A stretch of 64,000 nt of DNA from a virus (Duplodnaviria; Caudoviricetes), in IMG/VR virus record IMGVR_UViG_3300020112_000942, positions 52,949 to 116,948 of that record; one strand, 5' to 3'. Both the position numbers and the translations under genes were made by a program. A model generated the notes under the pieces. That model saw only the letters and a list, made by a program, of their open reading frames with translations. It was not told the DNA's origin and ran no database searches. Shown one piece after another: positions 1 to 10,448 of this stretch (positions are counted from its first letter, which is position 1; each line of letters begins with the position of its first letter).

Positions 1-1178
1 AGACAGTTTCCGAGTTTATCACCAACTGTCTTAATTACCTTAGCCTCTGTTTCAAGACGCATAAGATATTCGCTCTGCCATAAATCCTTTTCAATGAGTC
101 CGATAAGACATTCTGTTACCCAATACTTTTCTTGAACATTATCGCTACCAAGAAGAGCAGTAAGTGTTGGACATATATCCTTATAATCCCAATCAACCGA
201 AACAGGAGCTTTCTTCAACTCTACATCTACTCTTGGAATGATTGGATTGTGGAAAATTTCATACTTACCAATCTTATCGTAGATTTCCATAGAGTTCGCA
301 CAGAATTTTACGAACTCTTCCTCTGTGAATGTATCTTTTAAATTCTCATATGCTTCTTCATTATCCATCATATGAGAATAAGCGTAGAACTCATCAACTT
401 CTCTGTCTGCCTCTTTGGAGTTAAGATATGCTTTGTGAACTGGTCTTTCCTTTGCTGTAAGATAATGTGCGTCAGAACCAATTACCATTTTAACTTTATA
501 CCAAGCGGCGATTGATTTAACTCTTTCATTGAACTTAATCTGGTCTTTTGAACAAGCTGCGGCAATTTCAATATAGAAATCTTCTCCGAACAAGTCAATA
601 TTAAACTTCATAAATTCATCAATCTTTGACTTCCACCAATAAATGTCCTGCTCATTCTGCGTCTTCTCTGCCTTAATAAGTTCAAATACAAAGTGTGGAA
701 GTTCACCACCAATACAGGCGGTTGTTGCAATAAGTGAGCCAGGAAACTTCTCAACGATAGCTTTAAGTTCATCTTTCTGAGTTGGAACTCTCATCATACC
801 ACGAGAAATTCTTGCATTATACCATGCAATGGAGCTAAGCTCACGCAATGCCCTGTGCCCAACCGTATCCTTTGCAATGAGAATGTAGTGCCAATATTTT
901 TCAACATTATCTCTGTCATCAACGAGATAAATCTCATTACCACAAGCACACTTGAAGTCTTCAGGAATCTTTCCTTCCTTCTTCAACTTCTTTTCACATT
1001 CCAACCACTGTACGTGTCCCGCAACAGTTTCGTGGTCTGTCAATGCAATTCCTGACATACCCAATTTATATGCTGTGAGAATCATATCCTTTGGTCTGTT
1101 TGTTGAGTCAATCAATCTAAAATTTGAAAACTCACTATGAGAATGAGTATCAAATCTTTTTTCCTTTGTGATGTCCAT
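1..1178 (-). CDS. dnaE: DNA polymerase III alpha subunit (PHP domain; truncated by the window edge)
   Basis: Manual translation from ATG 1178 (RBS GGAGGA) gives MDITKEKRFDTHSHSEFS...GIALTDHET...GNEIY...HYILIAKD...TTACIGGE...GSDAHYL, the PHP motifs of DnaE. Open to position 1 with no in-frame TAG. Absent from the ORF track. Confidence 0.93.
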   Translation of the reverse strand, partial: MDITKEKRFDTHSHSEFSNFRLIDSTNRPKDMILTAYKLGMSGIALTDHETVAGHVQWLECEKKLKKEGKIPEDFKCACGNEIYLVDDRDNVEKYWHYILIAKDTVGHRALRELSSIAWYNARISRGMMRVPTQKDELKAIVEKFPGSLIATTACIGGELPHFVFELIKAEKTQNEQDIYWWKSKIDEFMKFNIDLFGEDFYIEIAAACSKDQIKFNERVKSIAAWYKVKMVIGSDAHYLTAKERPVHKAYLNSKEADREVDEFYAYSHMMDNEEAYENLKDTFTEEEFVKFCANSMEIYDKIGKYEIFHNPIIPRVDVELKKAPVSVDWDYKDICPTLTALLGSDNVQEKYWVTECLIGLIEKDLWQSEYLMRLETEAKVIKTVGDKLGNC

Positions 1179-1271
1179 ATCTTGTCCTCCTTCTTCAAGC
1201 CGCCGAGCCATTCAGCAGGGGCATTAAGTCGTTGTACATTTTATTTGTTTTTCTTAACCTTTTCTATATAT

Positions 1272-1300
1272 ATTATACCATAATTTTATAGAAAAGTCAA
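1272..1300 (-). promoter_or_regulatory. SigA-type promoter upstream of dnaE
   Basis: TTGACT-17 nt-TATAAT with extended TG. Confidence 0.75.
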
Positions 1301-1307
1301 TAATTTA

Positions 1308-1844
1308 TTATTCAAAATTAACAGTATGCTCGTTTCCTTCTTCATCACGCCAAGTTAAGCTAAGAATCTTTGAAATAGTCCAACATGGAACAGATGGCGG
1401 AGTAGGCGCTTCGCCTGGGAATGCAGTTCCTCTTTGGAAAGTTTGAATATTGTTTTCACCTGTAAGTTCATTGCCAAACCAATGATTATTAGCGTATTGC
1501 TCACAATCTCTTGTATCAACGTGGCAGGCATTATTCATTATACCAATACCACCAAATCCAACTCTTTCAGCTACCTCAGCGATATCATATCCTGTGTAAT
1601 AAGAGCCGTCCTATTTCTAAACTGAGATATCTGCAGCGAGACCAAGAGTGTGAGCATCATTAGCAAAACCGCCAACAGCTACACTACAATTAGGACATCT
1701 ATAGCCGCTATTAACGTATACGGCTTTTGCGCCCATAATACCGTGTAATTTCTCCAATCTCTACACGAGAATCTAACTCACGTCAGGATTGTTTCCGCAA
1801 TTGCACTTAAACTCTGTGCTGTCAAAATGTTCTGTAAGTTTCAT
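1308..1844 (-). CDS. Peptidase M15A-family (Zn D-Ala-D-Ala carboxypeptidase-like) cell-wall hydrolase, 178 aa, 4 in-frame TAG
   Basis: RBS GGAGG then ATG 1844. MKLTEHFDSTEFKCNCG...VNSGYRCPNCSVAVGG..DAHTLGLAADI...GIGIM..CHVDTR. TAGs at 1773-1775, 1761-1763, 1617-1619 and 1611-1613; ends TAA. Confidence 0.88.
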
Positions 1845-1865
1845 TAAAACCCCTCCTAATATAAA

Positions 1866-1888
1866 AGGGTCAAGTAAAACTTGACCCC
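1866..1888 (-). terminator. Intrinsic terminator-like hairpin directly upstream of the M15 gene
   Basis: GGGTCAAG/CTTGACCC inverted repeat followed by a T run on the minus strand. Confidence 0.55.
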
Positions 1889-1893
1889 AAGAA

Positions 1894-2013
1894 TTACTTC
1901 TTGTTTTTCTCTTTATTTTTCTTCTGAATCTCACGATTCATACGAGCAATATCTTCCTTGTTCTTTTCAATACGACGCTTGAAGTCTTCTTTTTCGTCTC
2001 TATGGAACTTCAT
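1894..2013 (-). CDS. Small basic hypothetical protein (39 aa)
   Basis: RBS GGAGGAG, ATG 2013, MKFHRDEKEDFKRR...KNKK, TAA. Confidence 0.55.
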   Translation of the reverse strand: MKFHRDEKEDFKRRIEKNKEDIARMNREIQKKNKEKNKK

Positions 2014-2137
2014 TCTATCTCCTCCCTTTATTCATCTCTGTTGTTTAACAAATCGCCTATGTCTGTCCAGAAAAGACCATTGACTGCGTTACCAACAAAT
2101 ATGATACCAAGTATTATTAAAAAAGTTTTCACTTATA

Positions 2138-2338
2138 TCACCATTGTTTCACAAGGGTTACAATAACCCATTCATCAATGATTTCACCTTTAGACTTCTT
2201 GTCCTTCTTTACCATTTTATAAGATTTGAGTTCATATCCCTCAACATTCTCATCCGCCTTAGCCTGCTCAATAAGAGCTTTAGCCTCAGTCTCATCGTTT
2301 ACTCTCCACTCTTCAGTTCTTTTACAAAGTTCACCCAT
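2138..2338 (-). CDS. Hypothetical protein
   Basis: ORF with RBS GGAGG before ATG 2338; operon context. Confidence 0.7.
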   Translation of the reverse strand: MGELCKRTEEWRVNDETEAKALIEQAKADENVEGYELKSYKMVKKDKKSKGEIIDEWVIVTLVKQW

Positions 2339-2374
2339 TATTATTTCCTCCCTTATTCTTATAAATTTCATCTC

Positions 2375-2707
2375 TCATTTTGTGAAATGTTCTACTCCAC
2401 GTGTACTTAGTGCTTCACTAATTGCTACAAGAACTTCATCAGTAGCAATTTCAGCACTTATGCGACCAATCCTAATATCATTTAATATTCTCTCTTTATA
2501 AGCTTGTATTGCTAATTCAACTGGAACGAGTCTTTTTCCACAGCAAGGACAAAATTGCATTATTGTTTCTATGGCATACATTTTATCTGTATTTGGTATT
2601 TCTGCGGTACTACTAAGGGGTTCCGCTTTTCCATGAAATTTTTTACAATAATAACATTCTCCATCAAGACCCTCAGGAGAGAAATATGTTACACTGATTC
2701 CGCTCAT
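2375..2707 (-). CDS. Hypothetical Zn-finger-like protein
   Basis: CYYC and CPCCG motifs; RBS GGAGGAG. Confidence 0.65.
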   Translation of the reverse strand: MSGISVTYFSPEGLDGECYYCKKFHGKAEPLSSTAEIPNTDKMYAIETIMQFCPCCGKRLVPVELAIQAYKERILNDIRIGRISAEIATDEVLVAISEALSTRGVEHFTK

Positions 2708-2721
2708 TTATCATCTCCTCC

Positions 2722-4527
2722 TCAAAAATCGTAAATAGTTCCAGTTTTAATATCAATTTCATCAACGTAAATCTGTGGTGTGATTTTTCCACCCCAATGA
2801 TTTAGGTTGGCTCTGCCGGCACAGGTAACAGTTATGCTCTGTGTCTTGTCAATCATATCAAGCTGCTCAAGAACGTCAGCGCCCTTAAAAATCATATAAG
2901 TCATACCATTGAAGATAAACTTAATAGTATCTTTCTTTGAACCGATGACCTGGATTGCGGCCTTTGGAATTGTAATATTCTCAACAACAATAACAGGCTC
3001 ATCGTTTGCTTGACCCCAGAGGTCAGCATGACCACCAACATCAAGTACCAAATCAACAAGACCAGAATAGTTGCCTGAGACAACGAAATCTGCTTCGTAG
3101 TAACCTTCGTTGAAATTGATGTCTGCAAGTTTCTCATTTGCATAATCCTGAAGTTTATCTACATCAGATGCCTTAATACTGAAACCTGCGGCATTTGCGT
3201 GTCCTTCAACGAAATCCATGTAGTAGCTGTCCTTGAGAAATCCCTTGAAGTCCTTTAAGGCACTCTCTTCTCTTCCTCTGATAGAACCCTTGAGGTATCC
3301 ATCTGGACTTGTTCTACCAAGCATTGTTGGCTTTTTATACTTAGCAGCGATACCCATTGCAATCAAACCTGTGAGGTTATTTGATACATCGAGTTCATCT
3401 GCGTTAAGAATAAGAATCTTGTTATCATCGAGACAATCATTGCTGATTTGAATATCAAGTAACTCAATAGCCTTATCCTTTTCTCTGTTCTGTCTACTAC
3501 GAGCATTAACGCAGTTTCTTGTTGCCTGCTCTGCAATAGTTTCTTTCTCGCCCTTACATCCACGCTTTGTAGAATCAACCATTTCAGTGCCGTTGATAAA
3601 TCCAAGGAATAACATTTCCTTTTCTTTCTGAGTGCCGACACGAATAAGAGCATTGATAAGAGGGGTTACATAGAAAGCAACCTTAATCTGAGTTACGGAG
3701 CCGTCTCTGTAATAACTGTCATTCCAATCATCAGCAGAAATACCAAACATTGAATAGCACTGTTTCTTTACAATCTCTGCAAATAAAGTGTTATTGATAT
3801 GGGACAAGCCTTCAACACAGATGTATCTGTTTTCGGGTGTCTGCATATTCATCATATCACTGATTTCTCCAAGTGCAACAAGGTCAATGAAATATTCTGA
3901 ACCCATTTCAATACCGAACATTACGTCACAATACTGAAGGAACTTATATACAATACCAACACCACTTGCGGCTTTATTCTGATAATCCTGAGACAACTGG
4001 TTATTAATGACAACAGCATTTTCACTGTACTTCTCAGCCTCATGATGGTCGAGAACAAGAATGTCATATCCCAATGACTTCAGTGTTGCGTGTTCCTCAT
4101 AATCATTTGAAGAACTATCTGGAAGGATGATTAAATCACAAATCCTCTCTCCTGTGAGTTCTTTCATTACAGTACGAAGACCATGTTCCTTACCCTCTGG
4201 AATGTGATAGGAGATTTCAACATCTGGATATCTGTCCTTCAAACACGCATTGAAATAATTGATGAACAATGCAGATGAGGTAAAACCATCAACGTCACAG
4301 TCAACATAAAATCTGATTCTACTGCCGTTCTGGAGATGCTTTCTGAATAACTCAAAGCCCTCTTCCATATGGTCAAGACTCAATGGGTCACAATAGTTAT
4401 CCCAAGTAGGGTTACTAAACCAATCTGGCCACTCTTGTGCATCGGCAGGGAGAATATTTCTGTCTTTGAGCAAAGATAAAGTGTAATTACTTCTTATATC
4501 TTCGCTTGTCTTTCTTACATACTTCAC
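2722..4527 (-). CDS. recJ: RecJ-like ssDNA exonuclease (DHH family)
   Basis: DCDVDG, LDHH and GHANAAG motifs. Confidence 0.92.
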   Translation of the reverse strand: MKYVRKTSEDIRSNYTLSLLKDRNILPADAQEWPDWFSNPTWDNYCDPLSLDHMEEGFELFRKHLQNGSRIRFYVDCDVDGFTSSALFINYFNACLKDRYPDVEISYHIPEGKEHGLRTVMKELTGERICDLIILPDSSSNDYEEHATLKSLGYDILVLDHHEAEKYSENAVVINNQLSQDYQNKAASGVGIVYKFLQYCDVMFGIEMGSEYFIDLVALGEISDMMNMQTPENRYICVEGLSHINNTLFAEIVKKQCYSMFGISADDWNDSYYRDGSVTQIKVAFYVTPLINALIRVGTQKEKEMLFLGFINGTEMVDSTKRGCKGEKETIAEQATRNCVNARSRQNREKDKAIELLDIQISNDCLDDNKILILNADELDVSNNLTGLIAMGIAAKYKKPTMLGRTSPDGYLKGSIRGREESALKDFKGFLKDSYYMDFVEGHANAAGFSIKASDVDKLQDYANEKLADINFNEGYYEADFVVSGNYSGLVDLVLDVGGHADLWGQANDEPVIVVENITIPKAAIQVIGSKKDTIKFIFNGMTYMIFKGADVLEQLDMIDKTQSITVTCAGRANLNHWGGKITPQIYVDEIDIKTGTIYDF

Positions 4528-5583
4528 TTACAACCATACTCCTTTTGATATTAGTTTTGCGGCAACGTCAGGTCCTTTGTCAAATGGGGATTGCTTTAGA
4601 CCTAATAAGCCACCTGTATCATATATAAAACCCATTGAGCAGTAGTTTTTATACTTCTCACAGATAGATTTTAACTTATAAAAATATTTTTCTTGCTCTG
4701 CCCAGGTCTCACCTTCTTTATCAAAAGCGAGCAGGACTCTTTCTGCTCCACATTCCAGTAATAAATCCAACTGATATTTATGGAAACTACTACCACAAGA
4801 TGCAACAACAATGTTTCTATCTTGTCCAAACATGGTGCTATATTGTAAACAGCTCTTTTCTGCTTCTGCAACAATTGCTGTTTTATATTTCCTTATATTT
4901 TCTCTGACAAAGTTTAGTCCATATAGATTATAGCCAAGAGGGTGGTTATATAACTTACCTTCTATTTTTACTGGCATATACTTTCCATATACGATATCTT
5001 CATCATTTAACGCTCTACCACGAATACCAATAAGATTTCCATTCATATCATAGTGAGGAATAATAATCTTATTCTCCAATATGGAATAACGAATGTTATA
5101 AATCTTCATAGCCTCTTCACTAATTCCATCCGCTAACCATTCTGCGGTAGGATGGAATGTATATGCATTAAGCAAACCTTTGTTGAGGATTGGTATATTA
5201 ACTTCTACATCATGGTTATGTTTCTCATACAGAGTTTCATACGGAACATAGAAGGTTTCTTTCTGTCGTCTTGAGGCACGGCCGCCAATCTTTAGAACAA
5301 TATCCTTATAGAAATCATACTGAATATTTAACAGCTCATATCTCTTCTTGAACATTTCAATGATATTAAATGTGCAGCCACAATCGGTATAACAATGAAA
5401 TGTCTTTGTCTTTGAGTAATAATATAATTTCATACTCGCCTCAGACGCATCGTGGTTGTGACAGATAGTTGGAAAGATAATTGAATTACCGCTCCTTGTA
5501 TACCTATCTGCACCGAGCTGAGTCATTATATCAATAACCTCAGAATCAGACAAACTATTCATTAGGTCTTTTAACTCACTCAT
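4528..5583 (-). CDS. dnaG: DNA primase (Zn-binding + TOPRIM)
   Basis: ICHN...FHCYTDCG zinc site, GIRGR, VAEAEKS, AFD; adjacent to the helicase. Confidence 0.85.
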   Translation of the reverse strand: MSELKDLMNSLSDSEVIDIMTQLGADRYTRSGNSIIFPTICHNHDASEASMKLYYYSKTKTFHCYTDCGCTFNIIEMFKKRYELLNIQYDFYKDIVLKIGGRASRRQKETFYVPYETLYEKHNHDVEVNIPILNKGLLNAYTFHPTAEWLADGISEEAMKIYNIRYSILENKIIIPHYDMNGNLIGIRGRALNDEDIVYGKYMPVKIEGKLYNHPLGYNLYGLNFVRENIRKYKTAIVAEAEKSCLQYSTMFGQDRNIVVASCGSSFHKYQLDLLLECGAERVLLAFDKEGETWAEQEKYFYKLKSICEKYKNYCSMGFIYDTGGLLGLKQSPFDKGPDVAAKLISKGVWL

Positions 5584-5594
5584 TTAACCACTCC

Positions 5595-7298
5595 TTAAAG
5601 AAAATCTGCGAATGACTTCTCTTTCAAACGTCTCTTGTTATCTTCCACATCTTGGAAGGCTTCTGCAACAGATGTACCAGAAATCAAATCTTCTGGCTTT
5701 ATATCAGAAACTTGATAGAACTCTTCATATATTTCATCTGAAACAACTCCTGTATTATACAGCTCACACAAGTCCTCAAAATTCTGAAAACGAATTGAGT
5801 CAAACTGAACGACTTGAAAATCTTTAATAGGTTTCATATCGGCTGTTGTTACAAACAAATCTTCTCTGCGGCAACAACCCAAGTCATTACATGACCATAT
5901 ACGAATCATATTCCATCGACCACGTCTATTCTTATAAATATCGGTTACAAGATTAGGCGTGAATGAGAATGAACTCTGAAAACCTTGCAGCTCTTGTAGT
6001 TCAGCCTTTGTTGGTCTTGACATAATACAAGCAAAGTCACAAAGGTTAACAATCGCTTTAGAACCTTGTACATTACGGAAATCTCTGAATCCGCCCTTTT
6101 CATCATCATCATTACTAACCTGAGTTGATGTGAGAATAAATACATTAAGTTCTACCGCAAGATTTTTTAACGCTGTTGTAAACAATCTTAAACAAACATC
6201 TTCTCTTAATTTCAAATCTCTATACTCATTAAGCATAGCAGGTGAAGAGAAAATATAATCATAAAAGAAGTTTTCAACACCGTGCTGGCTATTATATTTT
6301 CTGAACAAAATCTTAACCGCTGAAGCACAAGGGTCTGGGATTCTTGCGAATAACATATTATCCTTATACTTCTGCATAATATCAATAGCCTGTTGGATTC
6401 TTGGCATTTCTTTATCACCATATGTTCCATACAAGAACATTTCTTCATTATAGCCAGTGAGATATGCAAGAATCATTGTCTGAATTTCTGCCGGGTCTTG
6501 CTCTGTCATTACATACAAAACCTTTTCCGCACTACCAGTAGAAATCCATCTGCCTTTCTTTCTATCGAAACGAATTGGATAAGCAATAGAACACGCATCG
6601 CCAACCATTGAACGAGTTTTACCAACACCTGAGCCGGCGGAACGAAGATAAAGTTTTCCTTTTCTTCCTCCTCGACAAACTGTATTAACAATATCACCTT
6701 GAAGTTTACAACCAACTTCTGGCTTAACCTTCAATTCTGTGATTAACTCCTGAATGCCATCGACGGCACAGCTCTCTTCCATTACTGTATTAAGAATATA
6801 CTTACTTTCATATGCATCAACCTCAACTCTTAATGCATTGAGAATATCTTCAAGAGTCATTCTTTCAAACTTCTCATTGATTTCTGTATATCTTGGATTA
6901 AGAATATCCTCACAGTAAAACTTATCAATACTATGACCAGTTGACTGAATATCACGAAGAAAATTTATCTTCTTCATCTTATTATAATAATAATTGAAGT
7001 TTGCTGGCTCACTCGCCGTTTCACAATCTTGTAAATATACCTCTCCATTCTCCTTTTCGAGATAAACCTTAGCAGTAGCATTGTCTCTTAAATAATTAAC
7101 AATATCAACCGCTCTGATAATGGAGGCTCCATCGCCCATATTATAAAGATTGTTAATCGCAGAAAATATAAACTTATCAAGTGATGTGGAGAAATCTGAA
7201 ATCTCCAAACGATACTTGTCAACATCATTTAGCAACTCTGGCTTATTCATTAAGCCACCAAGAATCTGGATAATAGTATGACGGTCAACCTTAATCAT
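5595..7298 (-). CDS. dnaB: DnaB-like replicative helicase
   Basis: Walker A AGSGVGKT, Walker B FFYDY, STQ and KNRRG motifs. Confidence 0.88.
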   Translation of the reverse strand: MIKVDRHTIIQILGGLMNKPELLNDVDKYRLEISDFSTSLDKFIFSAINNLYNMGDGASIIRAVDIVNYLRDNATAKVYLEKENGEVYLQDCETASEPANFNYYYNKMKKINFLRDIQSTGHSIDKFYCEDILNPRYTEINEKFERMTLEDILNALRVEVDAYESKYILNTVMEESCAVDGIQELITELKVKPEVGCKLQGDIVNTVCRGGRKGKLYLRSAGSGVGKTRSMVGDACSIAYPIRFDRKKGRWISTGSAEKVLYVMTEQDPAEIQTMILAYLTGYNEEMFLYGTYGDKEMPRIQQAIDIMQKYKDNMLFARIPDPCASAVKILFRKYNSQHGVENFFYDYIFSSPAMLNEYRDLKLREDVCLRLFTTALKNLAVELNVFILTSTQVSNDDDEKGGFRDFRNVQGSKAIVNLCDFACIMSRPTKAELQELQGFQSSFSFTPNLVTDIYKNRRGRWNMIRIWSCNDLGCCRREDLFVTTADMKPIKDFQVVQFDSIRFQNFEDLCELYNTGVVSDEIYEEFYQVSDIKPEDLISGTSVAEAFQDVEDNKRRLKEKSFADFL

Positions 7299-8014
7299 GC
7301 TTCATCCTCCACGATAGAGTTGAGGTCTATCATCTTCTTCTTTTTCTTTGTGCCGATATAATCATTAGGATTGTACTTAATCTCAATTCTATCCTGCTCC
7401 AACTGCTGTTCAATTGCTTGTTCAATTTCTTTCTGTCTCTTTAACTGTGACTGATAATACGCCGATGCTTCCTCATAAATATAAGGAATAATACCTATTG
7501 TCTTATATTCTTTCTTAATTGGATTTTTCTTGACTTCGTAAAAATACTTCAATGTCAATAGCTGGGCACGATAATTCATCCCCATTCGATTGAATTTCTG
7601 CATCTGTGTTACATTCCATTTACTTACTGGTTCTCCATCATCCTCTGGTCCAAACAGACGGAAGATGTAATACCAAAGAGCGTCTCTATCGTCGTTGAGT
7701 TTTTCTTTCAGTTTTAGATTTTCCTCACTCAAATGGTTCTTAACAGTTACAGGTGATATACCCAACGCCTTAGCGACCTGAGCCATATTCTTACATTCAC
7801 GATACATCTCATTCATTTTCTGTATCAGTTCTTCATCCACCTTAACTCTTTTCTTTGCAACCACTTCCGCCGGTCCGCTCTGATAAATAGCAAGATATTT
7901 GTTTACGGTAGCGACACTAACTCCAAGCTGTTTTGCAACAGCAGTTTTATTTCCAATCTCTTCATATAAAACGGGAATCTTGTCGATTACCTCTTGTTCA
8001 ATTTTTCTTCCCAT
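7295..8014 (-). CDS. Tandem-HTH DNA-binding protein coupled to the helicase gene
   Basis: Two HTH-like segments (AVAKQLGVSVATVNKY; QVAKALGISPVTVKNH); overlaps the dnaB start. Confidence 0.65.
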   Translation of the reverse strand: MGRKIEQEVIDKIPVLYEEIGNKTAVAKQLGVSVATVNKYLAIYQSGPAEVVAKKRVKVDEELIQKMNEMYRECKNMAQVAKALGISPVTVKNHLSEENLKLKEKLNDDRDALWYYIFRLFGPEDDGEPVSKWNVTQMQKFNRMGMNYRAQLLTLKYFYEVKKNPIKKEYKTIGIIPYIYEEASAYYQSQLKRQKEIEQAIEQQLEQDRIEIKYNPNDYIGTKKKKKMIDLNSIVEDEA

Positions 8015-8046
8015 TTCATCACCCTTTTCTCTTAATTTCTATAATA

Positions 8047-8075
8047 ATTATAACACATTTTACAATAAAAGTCAA
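8047..8075 (-). promoter_or_regulatory. SigA-type promoter for the HTH-helicase-primase-recJ operon
   Basis: TTGACT-17-TATAAT, extended TG. Confidence 0.75.
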
Positions 8076-8092
8076 TATTTTTACTATAAAGC

Positions 8093-8116
8093 AAGGCGGC
8101 ATAAAATGCCGCCCAT
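8093..8116 (-). terminator. Intrinsic terminator after phoH
   Basis: GGCGGCAT/ATGCCGCC hairpin. Confidence 0.6.
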
Positions 8117-8118
8117 TC

Positions 8119-9369
8119 TTAGATATTATCGAGATAGTCTGCCGCAGAAGCAACAATACTACGTTCAATTATATGAAGCTGAATAGTAGCAAATAATGGA
8201 GCATGGATGGCACTTTCATGTAGGTTCAACAATAGTTTCAAACCGTTTCTATCTTTGAAGATAGCACTATCCGCCTGGTGAATATCGCCATCGAAATAAA
8301 TCTTTGTGTTATCACCACAACGGCCAAGTAATAGCTTAGCGTGTTCTTCTGTTAAGTTCTCTGCCTCGCTGACGAGCAGAATGCAGTCATCAAAACTACG
8401 TCCTCTGATATAAGCAACAGGAACAATTTCCAGTTTCTCTTCAGATATCCATCTCTGAATCTGGTCAATACCAACCAGGTCAATAAGTGGACCAATAGAA
8501 GGCATAATCTTTTCCATAAGGTCGCCCGGCAAAGCACCGAGGTCCATAGTGTTCTGAGTATAAGCATTGTTTGGAATATAAACAATCTTCTTAATTCTGT
8601 CTGCCTCCAGCTCTCTTATTGCATAATTATGTGTTAAAAAGGTTTTACCAGTACCGTATTTACCGCCGGCATAGATAATTGGAATATTAGATACTAATGC
8701 ATCTACAAGACAAATCTGTTCTGGGTTTCTTGGATAGATAGAGCCAGTCCAATTGTTCTTAATTTCTTTGCCCCTGACATAATGGAATCGGCACTTATTA
8801 TATCTGTATACAGAATAATCACCAAGAGAAGCGTCATTGTTTGGCGGCGGAATAATGAGATATTCATTCTCACTAAATTCATAGTCAGGAATTGCATCTT
8901 CAATAAGAATACCCTCATTGATAAGTTTGCTGAGAATATCATTATAAGTATCAATACTCATATTTTCAACATCAAGAGTAACCGCACCTACATAATCTTC
9001 ATCCCAGCTGTATCCCTCTGTCTTAATGCCGCTCTGGATACAAAATACTTTTAAGGCAATATCATTTGTTACAAGCACGCCATTACGCTCACTTGCAATA
9101 TCCATTAGCTTTGAATCAATTGATTTGTGAGTATATTCATCAAGTACACTAATCTTCTGATAAAACTCAATATTGTCCATATTCTTAGAAATATAGACTG
9201 CCGCCTTTCTTGCCTTATGTGCTGTTTCTGGATTATTATGTCTCTTTAATCCATCAATCTCTTCAAGAACACAAATAGGAATAATCCAATACTCATCATC
9301 TTTAGTTACAATCTGAGGATAATCCAATAATACATTTGTGTCAAGAATCTTTACATTTTTATCTTCCAT
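8119..9369 (-). CDS. phoH: PIN-PhoH protein (PhoH2-like)
   Basis: N-terminal PIN (LDTNVLL, EEID, TNDIAL); C-terminal PhoH ATPase (GKYGTGKT, YIRGRSF, EAEN, DGDIHQ). Confidence 0.9.
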   Translation of the reverse strand: MEDKNVKILDTNVLLDYPQIVTKDDEYWIIPICVLEEIDGLKRHNNPETAHKARKAAVYISKNMDNIEFYQKISVLDEYTHKSIDSKLMDIASERNGVLVTNDIALKVFCIQSGIKTEGYSWDEDYVGAVTLDVENMSIDTYNDILSKLINEGILIEDAIPDYEFSENEYLIIPPPNNDASLGDYSVYRYNKCRFHYVRGKEIKNNWTGSIYPRNPEQICLVDALVSNIPIIYAGGKYGTGKTFLTHNYAIRELEADRIKKIVYIPNNAYTQNTMDLGALPGDLMEKIMPSIGPLIDLVGIDQIQRWISEEKLEIVPVAYIRGRSFDDCILLVSEAENLTEEHAKLLLGRCGDNTKIYFDGDIHQADSAIFKDRNGLKLLLNLHESAIHAPLFATIQLHIIERSIVASAADYLDNI

Positions 9370-9397
9370 GTTCAACCTCTCTCATAAAAACAAAAAA

Positions 9398-9421
9398 CGG
9401 GGAAGAACAAGTCTTCCCCGC
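9398..9421 (-). terminator. Intrinsic terminator
   Basis: CGGGGAAGA/TCTTCCCCG hairpin followed by a T tract on the minus strand. Confidence 0.7.
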
Positions 9422-9426
9422 AGATG

Positions 9427-10407
9427 TTAAAGTATTTCCTTAATTCTATCCATAGCAACCTTGAGTTCATCAATTTGCTCTGGGAGAATTTCAGAGAACC
9501 TTGTGGGTTTTCCAAATACTTCCGCAAGGATTTTCGTAGCATTTTCTGCTTTCTCTTTTTGTACAACCGAACCCCATAAAGAGCGAGCCTCTTCCATAAG
9601 GTCATCAAAAGTCTGAACCAAATATGGATTCTCAGCTTCTGAAGCGGTTGTGATTGCGTCGCCGCCAGAGTGCTTAATTTCTTCGTCAATAGCCTCGTAA
9701 ATTGCATCAACAATATTTTCATAGCTGAACTTTACATAAGGCTTGATATACTTAAATCTGGACTTGGCGAAGAAACGCCTATCGCCACGGAAGAAAATAT
9801 ATCTTTCAAGATGATGGTCTTCAGCCTCTGGGTCTTCAACTTCTCTGATATAACCAATAAGGTCAACCATCTTATTGACGATGTCATAAGGTCTTGCGGG
9901 TAACGCTGGTGCAACCTGCACGTATTCCTGTCCAGTTTCATCTTTAAGTGTTTTCTCAACAGAGTGAGAAATAAAGATTACGCTGTAGCCGGCGAAGGTT
10001 AATTCTCTAAAGCCGTTCTGATATTCCTTTTTAGCAATATCATAACCACGGCCCCATGGAATATCACCAAGATTTTCAACGCTGTTCTGAGCACAAACCC
10101 ACTTAACACACAAGTCCCAAGCGGAATCGGCAGTATCAATTACGATAGTTTCAAACTTGTTTTTCAAGTCCTGTTTCTTAGTAAGCTGACTTACAAAGGA
10201 CTTCCAATCTTGCCAACCCTTTACAGGAGCAACGTGAATATTATTCAAAGCATTGGTACCCATCTCAAATCCCATAATAAGAGGACTTGGGAAGAGAGCA
10301 CCAAGACTTGTTTTACCAATGCCAGGCAATCCATAGAACATAGAGAACTTACCTCTTAAGTTTCTACTAATTATCTGTGGTTCGAGTGTTAATAAATCAA
10401 GAGCCAT
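9427..10407 (-). CDS. AAA_24/Sak4-like P-loop ATPase (recombination/annealing)
   Basis: YGLPGIGKT, IVIDT, FISH motifs; adjacent to the SSB-like gene. Confidence 0.8.
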   Translation of the reverse strand: MALDLLTLEPQIISRNLRGKFSMFYGLPGIGKTSLGALFPSPLIMGFEMGTNALNNIHVAPVKGWQDWKSFVSQLTKKQDLKNKFETIVIDTADSAWDLCVKWVCAQNSVENLGDIPWGRGYDIAKKEYQNGFRELTFAGYSVIFISHSVEKTLKDETGQEYVQVAPALPARPYDIVNKMVDLIGYIREVEDPEAEDHHLERYIFFRGDRRFFAKSRFKYIKPYVKFSYENIVDAIYEAIDEEIKHSGGDAITTASEAENPYLVQTFDDLMEEARSLWGSVVQKEKAENATKILAEVFGKPTRFSEILPEQIDELKVAMDRIKEIL

Positions 10408-10448
10408 TTACATTCACCTCCAAAGCATTTCCGAAACAGATTCGGTTA

